64,000 nt of DNA from Dehalococcoidia bacterium (GTDB lineage Bacteria > Chloroflexota > Dehalococcoidia > Lucifugimonadales > UBA2985): positions 1,665,454-1,729,453 of the forward strand of contig OZ253588.1 in the NCBI GenBank assembly GCA_965263185.1. Direction: 5' to 3'. Both the position numbers and the translations under genes were made by a program. The notes beneath the pieces are model-generated. The model searched no databases. It saw nothing but the letters and a program-made list of their open reading frames with translations, and had not been told where the DNA came from. Shown here in pieces: positions 1 through 9,047 of the stretch; the first letter of the stretch is position 1; every line of letters starts with the position of its first letter.

Positions 1-1217
1 GCGGAAAGCCGGGCCCCGTCTATCTTGAGATTCCAACCGACATAGTCAACGGGCGGATAGAGGAGGACGACCTGGTCCTGCCCACCGGGTATCGCACGGA
101 TGCGCGCGCCTACCCGGACCCGGAGTACATCCGCAAGGTTGTGGACGTTCTCAAGACCTCAAAGCATCCCACGGTGGTGGCGGGCAGCGATATTTGGTGG
201 TCAAAGGGCTGGGACGAACTCCGGGATTTTGTGGAGATGATAGACGCTCCGGTGTTCCTCAACTCCATGGGACGCGGGGCGCTCCCGTCCGACCATCCCA
301 ACGTGGGCAGCACCGGGCGGCGCTACGCCCTGGTCAACTCGGACGCCATCCTGCTCATCGGCACGCCCATAGACTTCCGCCTGAGCTTTGGGCGGGACGT
401 CCTGTTCAACAAGGACGCCAAGGTGATCCAGATAATGACGGACGCTGAGGAGGTCGGCAAGAACCGGCACATCGATATTGGCGTTGTGGGCGACGTAAAG
501 GCGTCCATGGAGCAGGTGATGGACGGCCTCCGATCCTCCGGCTACCGCTCGCCGGGCAGGGAGTGGCTTGAGGAGGTGATGACGGAGGACATGGCGTTGA
601 AGGAGCCGGACCAGGCCATGCTCAACAGCGACCAGACGCCCATCCACCCCATGCGGCTTATGAAGGAGCTGCGAGACTTCCTGGACTACGACGCCACCGT
701 GGTCGGCGATGGGGGAGACGTGGTCACCTTTGCGGCCCGCGTGCTGGGCATCAACAAGCCGGGCCACTGGCTTGACCCCGGCCAGTTCGGATGCCTGGGG
801 CCAGGATCCGGGTTCGCCGTGGCGGCGCAGCTGGCGCGGCCGGGGAAGCAGGTGGCCATAGTGTTCGGGGACGGGGCCTTTGGGCTGAACGGCATGGACA
901 TGGAGAGCATGGTGCGCCACAAGCTGCCGGTCGTGGGCATAGTCGGCAACAACGGCGCATGGAACCAGACCACCCAGGGAGTCATTCGAAGGACGGGCCG
1001 CGCCATTGGGACCTATCTCTCCCAGGAGACACGCTACGATCTGATAATGCAGGGATTCGGGGGCTACGGCGAGCGAGTAACGGAGCCGTCCCAGATACGG
1101 CCTGCGCTGGAGCGGGCGTTTGCCTCCGGCACAGCCGCCCTGCTGGACGTGGTCATAGACCAGGACGTCTCCTACGGCGATATGGGAGGACGCTCGCGCC
1201 AGGTGCGCCAGTACTAG
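1..1217 (+). CDS. Thiamine-diphosphate-dependent enzyme (acetolactate synthase / oxalyl-CoA decarboxylase-like), 5' end outside window
   Basis: Frame is open from the window edge (GKPGPVYLEIPTDIV...) into ORF 141..1217. TPP-binding signature GDGAFGLNG...NNGAWN near the C-terminus. Subfamily not resolvable by eye. Confidence 0.8.
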   Translation, partial: GKPGPVYLEIPTDIVNGRIEEDDLVLPTGYRTDARAYPDPEYIRKVVDVLKTSKHPTVVAGSDIWWSKGWDELRDFVEMIDAPVFLNSMGRGALPSDHPNVGSTGRRYALVNSDAILLIGTPIDFRLSFGRDVLFNKDAKVIQIMTDAEEVGKNRHIDIGVVGDVKASMEQVMDGLRSSGYRSPGREWLEEVMTEDMALKEPDQAMLNSDQTPIHPMRLMKELRDFLDYDATVVGDGGDVVTFAARVLGINKPGHWLDPGQFGCLGPGSGFAVAAQLARPGKQVAIVFGDGAFGLNGMDMESMVRHKLPVVGIVGNNGAWNQTTQGVIRRTGRAIGTYLSQETRYDLIMQGFGGYGERVTEPSQIRPALERAFASGTAALLDVVIDQDVSYGDMGGRSRQVRQY

Positions 1218-1407
1218 CCTGAGGGTCGTGGGCAAGCCCCGGACGGTCCGGCGAGCATTCGACGAAATGGGGGCTGCGCTCAGCGCAGCCCCCATTGTGG
1301 TTGTGCGTGTGTGGAGGCTGCTCCACGCAGGGGCGGATACTGGAAAGAGGTTTTGGTCGCGGCGGTTGTGGAAGCGCGGCCTTGCAAGGGTATATAATGG
1401 CGCCCAT

Positions 1408-1492
1408 GCCGAAGTGGCGGAATGGTAGACGCGGCGGTCTCAAAAACCGTTGGGGCGAAATCCCCGTGCCGGTTCGAATCCGGCCTTCGGCA
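1408..1492 (+). tRNA. tRNA-Leu (anticodon CAA), long variable arm, no encoded CCA
   Basis: Hand-folded cloverleaf: acceptor GCCGAAG/CTTCGGC, anticodon stem GCGGT/ACCGT with loop CTCAAAA, long variable arm, T-arm GCCGG-TTCGAAT-CCGGC. Confidence 0.9.
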
Positions 1493-1559
1493 CAATAACG
1501 CGGTGGAGGGGTTGTATGTAACGTGGCCCGCATACCGCTCAGAGCATGCCCTGCACTTG

Positions 1560-1710
1560 ATGATGGGGTGAGCCGTCGAACCACGTCATGCCCGCGTACG
1601 CGGGCATCCATCCCCGCCCTGCCCTTCTGGATTCCTGCTCGCGGGCAGGAATGACGGTGGATTGCTGGCCCAGCTCACGCCCTTCGACACACTCAGGGTG
1701 AGCGGGATGG
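1560..1710. repeat. Composite intergenic hairpin repeat, locus R1
   Basis: Contains palindrome ATGCCCGCGTACGCGGGCAT, hairpin GGATTCCTGCTCGCGGGCAGGAATGACGGTGG and the CCCTTCGACA..CTCAGG..GAGCGG module. The same modules recur at 8 other loci. Confidence 0.85.
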
Positions 1711-1796
1711 GCGTTGCTGTCGTCTGCCCAGGTGGTTGCGTCCGAGGTCAAGGGTTATCTCCCAGGCGCCGGGGCTTCGCTGGCGGATGCTGCCTT

Positions 1797-2660
1797 TCAT
1801 TGAGTGACCGCCCAAAAGTCATCCTCGGATAGAATCTGGATGTCTTTACCATCTGCGATTAGCTGCTCAGTTTTCCTATGCTTCGAGCTCTTTTCATAGC
1901 CCTTGAGCCTATCCCTGTCCTGTAGGCCGACCACCAAGATAGTCGTATGTTTCGTTACGTTTGAGAGCACGGCACAACCGGCTTGTGCAGCTCGGTCCGC
2001 TGCTTCCTGCCGTGTGATGCCCAAGATTCCCGTGAACACCACCGCCTCACCCGCCAAGGGGCCGTCAGGATTGCCTTCTCTGCCAACAGACTTTGGCGGT
2101 TTTCTGTTGCTTGGCATAATAGGTCTTTTCACCCGCTCGAACCAAGCCTCCAAGTCCATGCCCGTGTCTGTGCAGGCGCGCAAGACAACCTGAGCAGCTG
2201 CTTTAGCGTCCTCCAGTGCATCATGGTGTTGGAAGGGTATGCCCAAATCGTGCGCCACTGACTCCAAGCCGTAGCCGCTATGAGCGTATTGATCAGGCCA
2301 CGATCGGCGCACTACCTGGGCACTGTTCAACCACCGCGCATCCAACTGCGATAAGGCGTATTTAGCGGACGCTCTCTCAAAGGCAACCCGGTCAAACGAG
2401 GTGTGGCTCACGACTATTGAGCCGTGGAGACGACGACTCAACTCCTCCCAAACGTCCGGCAGAGTTGGAGCGCCTTCTACATCATCCTCCGTAATGCCGT
2501 GAATCTCTACATTCCAATAGTCGAACCAGTCCTCCGGGTCTATCAGCGATTTCCAAGTGTCCTGTATGTATCCATCGCGGACGTGAGCGACCCCAATGGA
2601 GCAGATGCTTGAGCGGTCCGCATTCGCTGTTTCGACGTCGATGGCATTAAAGGTGAACAT
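1797..2660 (-). CDS. DEDDh 3'-5' exonuclease (DnaQ/epsilon-like) with C-terminal BRCT domain
   Basis: N-terminal IDVETAN and HHDALEDA exonuclease motifs. C-terminal GEAVVFTG...RQEAADRAAQAGCAV...TTILVVG is BRCT-like. Confidence 0.8.
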   Translation of the reverse strand: MFTFNAIDVETANADRSSICSIGVAHVRDGYIQDTWKSLIDPEDWFDYWNVEIHGITEDDVEGAPTLPDVWEELSRRLHGSIVVSHTSFDRVAFERASAKYALSQLDARWLNSAQVVRRSWPDQYAHSGYGLESVAHDLGIPFQHHDALEDAKAAAQVVLRACTDTGMDLEAWFERVKRPIMPSNRKPPKSVGREGNPDGPLAGEAVVFTGILGITRQEAADRAAQAGCAVLSNVTKHTTILVVGLQDRDRLKGYEKSSKHRKTEQLIADGKDIQILSEDDFWAVTQ

Positions 2661-2661
2661 T

Positions 2662-2766
2662 TTACCTTCGTTTGTGTGGGCGGCGGTCGCTGCTTACGCC
2701 ACCGAAGATGAGCCCCGCCAGAGCGACCAGGACAAGGACGAAGTTGGGCAGCGGTTCGATAATCAA
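2662..2766 (-). CDS. Possible 34-aa single-pass membrane micro-ORF (TTG start)
   Basis: LIIEPLPNFVLVLVALAGLIFGGVSSDRRPHKRR. Its TTG overlaps the TGA of the upstream sORF (TTGA). Its stop lies 1 nt before the exonuclease ATG. Below the ORF-track size cutoff. Confidence 0.25.
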   Translation of the reverse strand: MIIEPLPNFVLVLVALAGLIFGGVSSDRRPHKRR

Positions 2767-2942
2767 GTCTCACTTCCTTTCGTATCCTGATCGGGTTTGG
2801 GGGCGGGGGTGCGCAGGAGGTGGATGCCCGTAAAGAGCATTACCAAGAATAAAGCGGCCCCTATATGGTGACTGTAGATATTGATCCATGCATCAAGGTT
2901 ATGCACCGGGTTTCGTCCACGCCAGTCGTTAACAAGTACCAC
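2763..2942 (-). CDS. Possible 59-aa single-pass membrane protein (GTG start)
   Basis: VVLVNDWRGRNPVHNLDAWINIYSHHIGAALFLVMLFTGIHLLRTPAPKPDQDTKGSET. Same frame as the 63-aa ORF upstream. One hydrophobic helix. Confidence 0.3.
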   Translation of the reverse strand: MVLVNDWRGRNPVHNLDAWINIYSHHIGAALFLVMLFTGIHLLRTPAPKPDQDTKGSET

Positions 2943-2984
2943 TATGGATCCCTTGTCACGCGCAGCCCCAGAAGCCCGCGCGGC

Positions 2985-3176
2985 CTAGCTGCGGTTGCCC
3001 GCGCCGCTGCGGGAGAGCAATGCCCCGACCAGAGGGACAATGACGATGATGGCCAGACCCACGATGATGGTGCCCTGGTGGCCCACCGACAGGAACAGCG
3101 TACCAAGAGATACCATCAATATGCCCACAACGATCATGGCTCCCAGGGGCAGCAGGAATGGTAGCAAGACGTTCAT
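2985..3176 (-). CDS. Small two-helix membrane protein, unknown function
   Basis: 63-aa strongly hydrophobic ORF with AAGGAGAC Shine-Dalgarno 5 nt upstream of its ATG. Confidence 0.45.
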   Translation of the reverse strand: MNVLLPFLLPLGAMIVVGILMVSLGTLFLSVGHQGTIIVGLAIIVIVPLVGALLSRSGAGNRS

Positions 3177-3337
3177 TGGTGTGTCTCCTTAGTATGCCAA
3201 AGAGTCGTATATCCGTTATGCGTCCCGGTAGCAGCGCCGCCGGGAGGATCGCCCGCATATTGTAACCCATTCCGGCAACCCGTGCCATACGTTTTGTGAG
3301 AAAACGCCCTGCAGGGCTCTTGCATGACCCGCGGATG

Positions 3338-3366
3338 TTGACCATACTGGGAGCACGGACTAAAAT
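3338..3366 (+). promoter_or_regulatory. Sigma70-like promoter (TTGACC-17 nt-TAAAAT)
   Basis: Near-consensus hexamers with 17-nt spacer, about 70 nt upstream of the HEAT-repeat gene start. Confidence 0.4.
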
Positions 3367-3438
3367 TGTGGGTAACACTCATGGAGGTCCGCTTATGGGA
3401 ATGGATATAACGCCAAAGGGACAAGAGGGAACCTCCCC

Positions 3439-4383
3439 GTGACTCTGGAGCAGTATCTGGAAGCCTTGGCAGACGATGAGCAGCCTCTACGCACCACGGA
3501 CCTGATGACCCTTTCAGACATGACCCCTGAGGATCTGCGGCTGGTGGGTGACGTGTGGCCGGACATAGACACGGGCCGGAAGGAAGCCCTGCTGAGCCGG
3601 CTCATAGATGTATCCGAGGACAACCTTGACGCGGACTTCAACGACCTATTTCGACTCTGCCTGAGCGATGAGAGCCCGGCGGTTAGGGCGAAGGCCATTG
3701 ATGGGCTGTGGGAGTGCGACGACCGTACCCTGGTGACCCCACTGGCAGCATTGCTGAGCAAGGACCCGTCCGACGAGGTCCGGTCGGCGGCGGCCACGGC
3801 CCTGGGGAAGTTCGCCGCTCTGTTCCAGAACGGGAAGATGCTGAAGAAGGACGGCGAGAAGATCAGGGAGGTCCTGATGCGCGCCCTGCGGGATAGCAGC
3901 GAGAGCCTGGCAGTCAAGAGACGGGCCATAGAGGCGGTGGCCCCCTTCAACACACATGACGTCCAGCAGACCATCCAGGAGGCTTACGAGAGCGACGTGG
4001 CGGGGATGAGGTATAGCGCGGTGTATGCTATGGGGAAGAGCTGCGACTCCCGGTGGCTGCCCATAATCCTGTCGGAGTTGCGCAACCCCGATGCGGCCAT
4101 GCGCTACGAGGCGTCCAACGCCTGCGGGGCGATGGGGGAGGAGCCGGCAGTGCCTCACCTGATACCGCTGTTGGAGGATGACGACGACCAGACGCAGGTA
4201 TCGGCCATAACCGCGGTGGGCGCTATTGGCGGGAGCCTTGCCCGCAAGGCTCTGCTCCGCTGCCTCAAGTCCTCGGACGACGTGACGGTGGAGGCGGCGC
4301 AGGAGGCCCTGAACAGCCTGGAAGCCGGCGAAGAGGCCCTTGGCTTCGCCTCGGACGCCTACCCCAAGCGCCCTCCGCGCTGA
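3439..4383 (+). CDS. HEAT (PBS-lyase type) repeat protein
   Basis: Repeated ..VR..A..ALG.. helical units (AVRAKAIDGL, EVRSAAATALGKF, AMRYEASNACGAMG, QVSAITAVGAIG). GTG start. Confidence 0.75.
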   Translation: MTLEQYLEALADDEQPLRTTDLMTLSDMTPEDLRLVGDVWPDIDTGRKEALLSRLIDVSEDNLDADFNDLFRLCLSDESPAVRAKAIDGLWECDDRTLVTPLAALLSKDPSDEVRSAAATALGKFAALFQNGKMLKKDGEKIREVLMRALRDSSESLAVKRRAIEAVAPFNTHDVQQTIQEAYESDVAGMRYSAVYAMGKSCDSRWLPIILSELRNPDAAMRYEASNACGAMGEEPAVPHLIPLLEDDDDQTQVSAITAVGAIGGSLARKALLRCLKSSDDVTVEAAQEALNSLEAGEEALGFASDAYPKRPPR

Positions 4384-5336
4384 AAGGCCAGGCACGCCGC
4401 GCCCAGAAGCGGGGCGTCGTCTCCCAGGACGGTGGGCGTCACGCGGATATGCTCGCTGAGGTTGGCCATTGCGTAGCGGCGGATGGCTGCGATGAGCGCC
4501 TCGGCATAGGTCTCAAAGCTTCGGCTGACGCCTCCCCCCAAGACGATCAATTCGGGGTCGAAGATGTGCAAGAGGTTTGCCAGGCCCAGCCCCAGGTCTT
4601 CAGCGAACTGCAGCGCCAGCTCCACGGCCAAGGGATCGCCCATGTCTGCGGCGTCCGTCACCACCCCGGCGTCCAAGCGGGATAGGTCTCCGTCCACCAT
4701 TTCCCGCATCAGGCCGCCCTCACCTTGCTCCAGCCTCTCTCGAGCGAACCTTGCCAGGGAGGTGCCGGAGGCAAATGCCTCCAGGCAGCCTCTGCCACCG
4801 CATGAGCACGGGGGGCCGTTCCTGTCTATGACCATGTGGCCCAACTCCGCGGCGAATCCCCTGGCCCCCAGTAGAGGCCTGCCGTCCACGATGACCCCTC
4901 CGCCGATGCCGGTGCTCACCGTGAGATAGACCAGATTATCCACCCCTTGGCCCGCTCCGTAGGAGCGCTCCCCCATAGCCCCCAGCGTGGCGTCGTTGGA
5001 GGCCCACACGGGTAGATTGAACCTCTGCTCAAGCGGCGGCTTTGGAGAGAAGCCATCCCATCCGGGCAGGTTGGGTGGGTTGTAAATTGTGCAGGTCTCC
5101 GGGTCCACCGGGCCAGCCATCGCGGCCCCTATTCCAATCAGACGGTCGGGGTCGGTCAGTGGCATGAGTTTTGCCACCATACCGGCCAGCCACTCCCCAG
5201 TCTGCTCCCAACTCGCATCAACCTGGGTAGGCTCCTGGCCCCTGTGGATGATATTGCCGTCTACGTCCACAATGCCCACCCTGGTCCTGGTGCCTCCCAC
5301 GTCCAACGCTATACAGAGGTCGTCAATGCTCGCCAT
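4359..5336 (-). CDS. ROK-family sugar kinase (glucokinase-like)
   Basis: ALDVGGTRTRVGIV ATP-binding start and ROK zinc motif CSCGGRGCLEAFASG. Start trimmed to MASIDD (ORF track extends to 5414). Confidence 0.8.
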   Translation of the reverse strand: MASIDDLCIALDVGGTRTRVGIVDVDGNIIHRGQEPTQVDASWEQTGEWLAGMVAKLMPLTDPDRLIGIGAAMAGPVDPETCTIYNPPNLPGWDGFSPKPPLEQRFNLPVWASNDATLGAMGERSYGAGQGVDNLVYLTVSTGIGGGVIVDGRPLLGARGFAAELGHMVIDRNGPPCSCGGRGCLEAFASGTSLARFARERLEQGEGGLMREMVDGDLSRLDAGVVTDAADMGDPLAVELALQFAEDLGLGLANLLHIFDPELIVLGGGVSRSFETYAEALIAAIRRYAMANLSEHIRVTPTVLGDDAPLLGAACLAFQRGGRLG

Positions 5337-5470
5337 TCCTCTACTCCTTACCCCGGGGTGGCGTCCACAAGCGCTTTGTGAATTGCTGTTGCGGCCCCCG
5401 GCAGCAGCGGCCATAGGCTGCTATTATGGGCCAAGGCATAGCGCTTAAACAAGGTGGCGCTGCAATCCCG

Positions 5471-5612
5471 CGCCCGGGGGTTCCTCTGGATTCCCGCTCG
5501 GGGGCGGGAATGACGGTGGGAGGCGCGTCGTCATGCCCGCGAACGCGGGCATCCAGAAGGGGAGGGGGGGCCTCCCCGTTCCGTTCGCACCCTTCGACAA
5601 GCTCAGCGAAGA
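5471..5612. repeat. Composite intergenic hairpin repeat, locus R2
   Basis: GGATTCCCGCTCGGGGGCGGGAATGACGGTGG, ATGCCCGCGAACGCGGGCAT and CCCTTCGACAAGCTCAGC modules. Confidence 0.85.
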
Positions 5613-5746
5613 AACTTGCCCACTCGGAGCCTGCGCCGTCTTGATACGGTGGCGAACGGTAACATCCGCCATCTCCCTTAGGCTGCGTCCCTGTGGTATT
5701 ATGGAGTCGTGGCAAGACCGCGCATAGACACATTTGGGAGAAGGGT

Positions 5747-7150
5747 ATGACATCTGCCGACAAGCCGAGATCCCTCGCAGAGCTGAAGAAGAGCGGCTAC
5801 CGGGTGGTTGGAGTGAGGGAGGAGTTAAGGCGTAACCTTATAAGCAAGATAGTGGCCGGCGAGGAGCTCTTTCCGGGGATAATAGGCTACGACGATACCG
5901 TTATACCGGAGGTTGAGAATGCCATACTGGCCGGGCAGGACATCATCCTGCTGGGCGAGCGCGGGCAGGCCAAGTCCAGGCTCATCCGCGCCCTGGTCGG
6001 CCTGCTGGACGAAGAGATACCCTACGTGGCCGGTTGCGAGGTCAACGACAACCCCTTTGCTCCCATCTGCCGCGCCTGCCAAGATAAGCTGGCGGAGATG
6101 GGGGACGAAACGCCCATTGCATGGCTGCCACGCGAAGCGAGGTACGCCGAGAAGTTGGCTACTCCGGACATCGCCGTGGCTGACCTCATAGGAGAGGTGG
6201 ACCCAATCAAGGTCGCAGAGGGGCGCTATCTCTCCGATGAGCTGACCATCCACTACGGGTTGATCCCGCGGACCAACCGGGGCATCTTCTCCATCAACGA
6301 GCTGCCGGACCTGGCGGAGCGGATACAGGTTGGCCTCTTCAACCTGATGGAGGAGAAGGACATACAGATCAAGGGGTATCGCATCCGGCTGCCCCTGGAC
6401 GTGTACTTGGTGGCAAGCGCCAACCCGGAGGACTACACCAACCGCGGACGCATCATCACCCCTCTCAAGGACCGCTACGGCTCCCAGATAAGGACCCACT
6501 ATCCCAGGCGCTCCGAGGAGGAGATACGCATCATGGACCAGGAGATGACCTCCTTCCCCGACATGGAGGACAGGGTGCTGGCGCCGCAGTTCATGAAGGA
6601 GATCATCGCAGAGGTGACCGCCCTCGCGCGCCGCAGCGGGGACATCAACCAGCGCTCCGGGGTGAGCGTAAGGGTCTCCATAGCCAACTATGAGAGCATC
6701 ATCAGCAATGCCTACCGCCGCAGCCTCATCCACGGGGAGGAGAAGGTTGTGCCGCGGATAAGCGACCTGTCCGCCATAGTCCCGTCCACAATGGGCAAGA
6801 TAGAGCTTGAGACCACGGAGGACGGCCGCGAAGGGAAGATACTGGAGGACCTCACCAGGAGGGCGGCGCTCAACGTATTTGGGCGCTACGTGGACATTGA
6901 GGACTTGGAGGGGATTGTGGAGGCCTTTGAGGAGGGCATGGTCATCGAGACGGGCAGCGACAGGCCCTCGATGGAGTACGTGACCCTGCTTGCAGAGGTG
7001 GAAGCCTTTGACGAGCCTATCAAGCGGCTGGGCGCCGACAACACGCACGCGGTTATTGCATCGGCGATGGAGTTCATACTGGAGGGGCTGCACCTCAAGC
7101 GGCGTCTCAACAAGGACAGGGTGCAGGGCAGATACCACTACTACAGCTAG
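5747..7150 (+). CDS. AAA+ ATPase, Mg-chelatase ChlI/BchI-like
   Basis: Walker A-like LLGERGQAKS, Walker B-like FSINELPD. Start set at MTSADK, preceded by GGGAGAAGGG. Exact family uncertain. Confidence 0.65.
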   Translation: MTSADKPRSLAELKKSGYRVVGVREELRRNLISKIVAGEELFPGIIGYDDTVIPEVENAILAGQDIILLGERGQAKSRLIRALVGLLDEEIPYVAGCEVNDNPFAPICRACQDKLAEMGDETPIAWLPREARYAEKLATPDIAVADLIGEVDPIKVAEGRYLSDELTIHYGLIPRTNRGIFSINELPDLAERIQVGLFNLMEEKDIQIKGYRIRLPLDVYLVASANPEDYTNRGRIITPLKDRYGSQIRTHYPRRSEEEIRIMDQEMTSFPDMEDRVLAPQFMKEIIAEVTALARRSGDINQRSGVSVRVSIANYESIISNAYRRSLIHGEEKVVPRISDLSAIVPSTMGKIELETTEDGREGKILEDLTRRAALNVFGRYVDIEDLEGIVEAFEEGMVIETGSDRPSMEYVTLLAEVEAFDEPIKRLGADNTHAVIASAMEFILEGLHLKRRLNKDRVQGRYHYYS

Positions 7151-7198
7151 AGGGGAGGGCGCGATCCCCCCCACATCAGCGTCGTCAGGAGAAACATC

Positions 7199-8143
7199 GT
7201 GAGTGAAAACAGGATAGAGAACGTGCTTATCATAGGCTCCGGGCCGGCGGGAGACACCGCGGCCCTCTACGCTTCCAGGGCGGAGCTAAACCCCCTGGTG
7301 GTGGAAGGCATTACGCCGGGCGGGCAGCTGACCATAACCACAGACGTTGAGAACTACCCAGGGTTTCCAGAGGGCATAATGGGGCCGGAGCTCATGGTCA
7401 AGTTCAGGGAGCAGGCGGAGCGCTTCGGGGCCAGGTACGTCACCGGCAACGTGACCGGGGTGGACTTCTCAGCTCGGCCATTCTCCATTGAGGTTGACGA
7501 GGAGGACAGCTACTATGCCAAGACCGTTATCATCACCTCCGGCGCCACTGCGATGTTCCTGGGAATCCCTGGCGAGTCGGAGCTCATGGGGCGAGGGGTG
7601 TCCGCCTGCGCGACCTGCGACGGCTTCTTCTTTCGGAACAAGGAGCTTGTGGTGGTCGGCGGCGGCGATACGGCGATGGAGGAGTCGACCTTCCTCACCA
7701 AGTTTGCCAGCAAAGTCCACGTAGTCCACCGTCGGGACCAGCTCCGGGCCTCCAAGGTGATGCAGGAGAGGGCGTTCAACAACCCAAAGATAGACTTCAT
7801 ATGGGACACCGTGGTGGAGGAGATCCAGGGAGTTGAGGAGGGAGAGGTGAAGGGGGTCAGGCTCCGCAACGTGAAGAGCAACGAGGTCATCGAGAGTCCC
7901 ATTGACGGGGTTTTCATGGCTATTGGACACAAGCCCAACACCGGGCCCTTTGTAGGACAGCTGGAGATAAACGAGGCCGGTTACATCGTCACGCACGATG
8001 GGACCAAGACCAGCGTGCCTGGGGTCTTTGCCGGCGGCGACGTGCAGGATTGGGTCTATCGGCAGGCCGTCACCGCTGCCGGCACGGGCTGCATGGCCGC
8101 CATAGACGCGGAGCATTTCCTGACGTCCCAGGGCGAGGAGTAG
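7199..8143 (+). CDS. trxB: Thioredoxin-disulfide reductase
   Basis: GSGPAG FAD motif, redox-active CATC, second dinucleotide fold GGGDTAMEE. GTG start. Confidence 0.9.
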   Translation: MSENRIENVLIIGSGPAGDTAALYASRAELNPLVVEGITPGGQLTITTDVENYPGFPEGIMGPELMVKFREQAERFGARYVTGNVTGVDFSARPFSIEVDEEDSYYAKTVIITSGATAMFLGIPGESELMGRGVSACATCDGFFFRNKELVVVGGGDTAMEESTFLTKFASKVHVVHRRDQLRASKVMQERAFNNPKIDFIWDTVVEEIQGVEEGEVKGVRLRNVKSNEVIESPIDGVFMAIGHKPNTGPFVGQLEINEAGYIVTHDGTKTSVPGVFAGGDVQDWVYRQAVTAAGTGCMAAIDAEHFLTSQGEE

Positions 8144-8160
8144 GCCAGCCTACACGGATG

Positions 8161-8400
8161 GCCCGCCACGCTCCGCTCACGCCCTTTGACAGGCTCTGGA
8201 TGAGCGGAACTTCCACCGCCCCACTCATGGTAAACCAAGTCCCTGCCCATGGCCTCCCCGCCCGTTCATAGATGAGCTTGTCGAACCAAGTGAACGGGAC
8301 GGCTCCCTCCCCCGCGCCCCAGGGATGGATTCCTGCTCGTGGGCAGGAATGACGGTGGGGGCCAACGTCGTCATGCCCGCGAACGCGGGCATCCAGAGGG
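8161..8400. repeat. Composite intergenic hairpin repeat, locus R3 (largest)
   Basis: Carries two FDKL-type modules plus both hairpin modules in one 240-bp gap. Confidence 0.85.
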
Positions 8401-8555
8401 GGCGTTGGGTGGGACTGGATGCCCCGCCGGCCTCCCGGTTTTGTGTCGTCCGTTCCTTGGCGCTAATATTTGCTGAAGTCATTGCAAGGATGCCCGCGTG
8501 TGGACGTTGACCTTAGGGACAACGCTCCTACCAGGCGCATCGGAAAGGCCTGGAA

Positions 8556-9038
8556 ATGCTGCGGTTAGTGGGTATACTGGGGGTTTTCGTTGTAGTCGGA
8601 GTGACGGCTTTGCTCGCGCTCTCGATTGTCGTTATCAACTTGGCTAGCGGCCCTGACCCTACCAAAGATGAACCCGGCGCGTACACCAAGGCGTTCGTGC
8701 AGAATGCGATTGATCGCTATGAGGCGGACGGGCGCGAGGCCATCATCGACTACTACAGCTCGCAGGAGAGCGTGGACGGCGAGTGGTACGTATTCATCAT
8801 AGACGCCGATGGCTACACCATCGCGCACCCTCGCGCTGAGGTCATAGGCCGAGACCCCAGCCTACGCGTGGACGTGACCGGCTAATTCTACGGCGACGAC
8901 CTGCTGTCCGCTACGGAGGAAGGCAAGTGGGTGAGCTACGTCTACCTGAACCCCGCGACCGGCGAACAGGGCGAAAAGCATTCATGGGTTGTGAAGCATG
9001 ATGGGCTGCTATTCGCCTCCGGCTGGTACGAAGGGTAG
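8556..9038 (+). pseudogene. Membrane-anchored single Cache-like sensor domain protein interrupted by in-frame TAA (8883-8885)
   Basis: N-terminal TM helix then Cache-like YVFIIDADGYTIAHP. After the TAA the same frame continues 50 codons through the expected rest of the domain (GKWVSYVYLNPATGE..KHSWVVKHDGLLFASGWYEG) to TAG 9036-9038. Confidence 0.55.
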
Positions 9039-9047
9039 CGCGCGGTA

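Noticed and set aside
8056-8482. Small ORFs with recurring peptides (PFDRLWMSG, HPEPVKGRE, LWMPAFAGMT). Similar ones occur at 1153..1611, 5445..5753, 13835..14026 and 56174..56530.
   Set aside because: They are translations of the intergenic hairpin repeat modules in arbitrary frames and orientations, so the recurrence comes from DNA repeats rather than a protein family.
8883-8885. Stop-codon reassignment as an explanation for the in-frame TAA/TAG cases (Cache gene, PH/80-aa ORFs, small membrane ORFs)
   Set aside because: TAA, TAG and TGA all terminate well-conserved housekeeping genes at the expected positions in this window (TAG: trxB, gcvT, gcvH; TGA: gcvPA, gcvPB, lepA; TAA: the TIR-like gene). 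A global recoding is therefore not supported.
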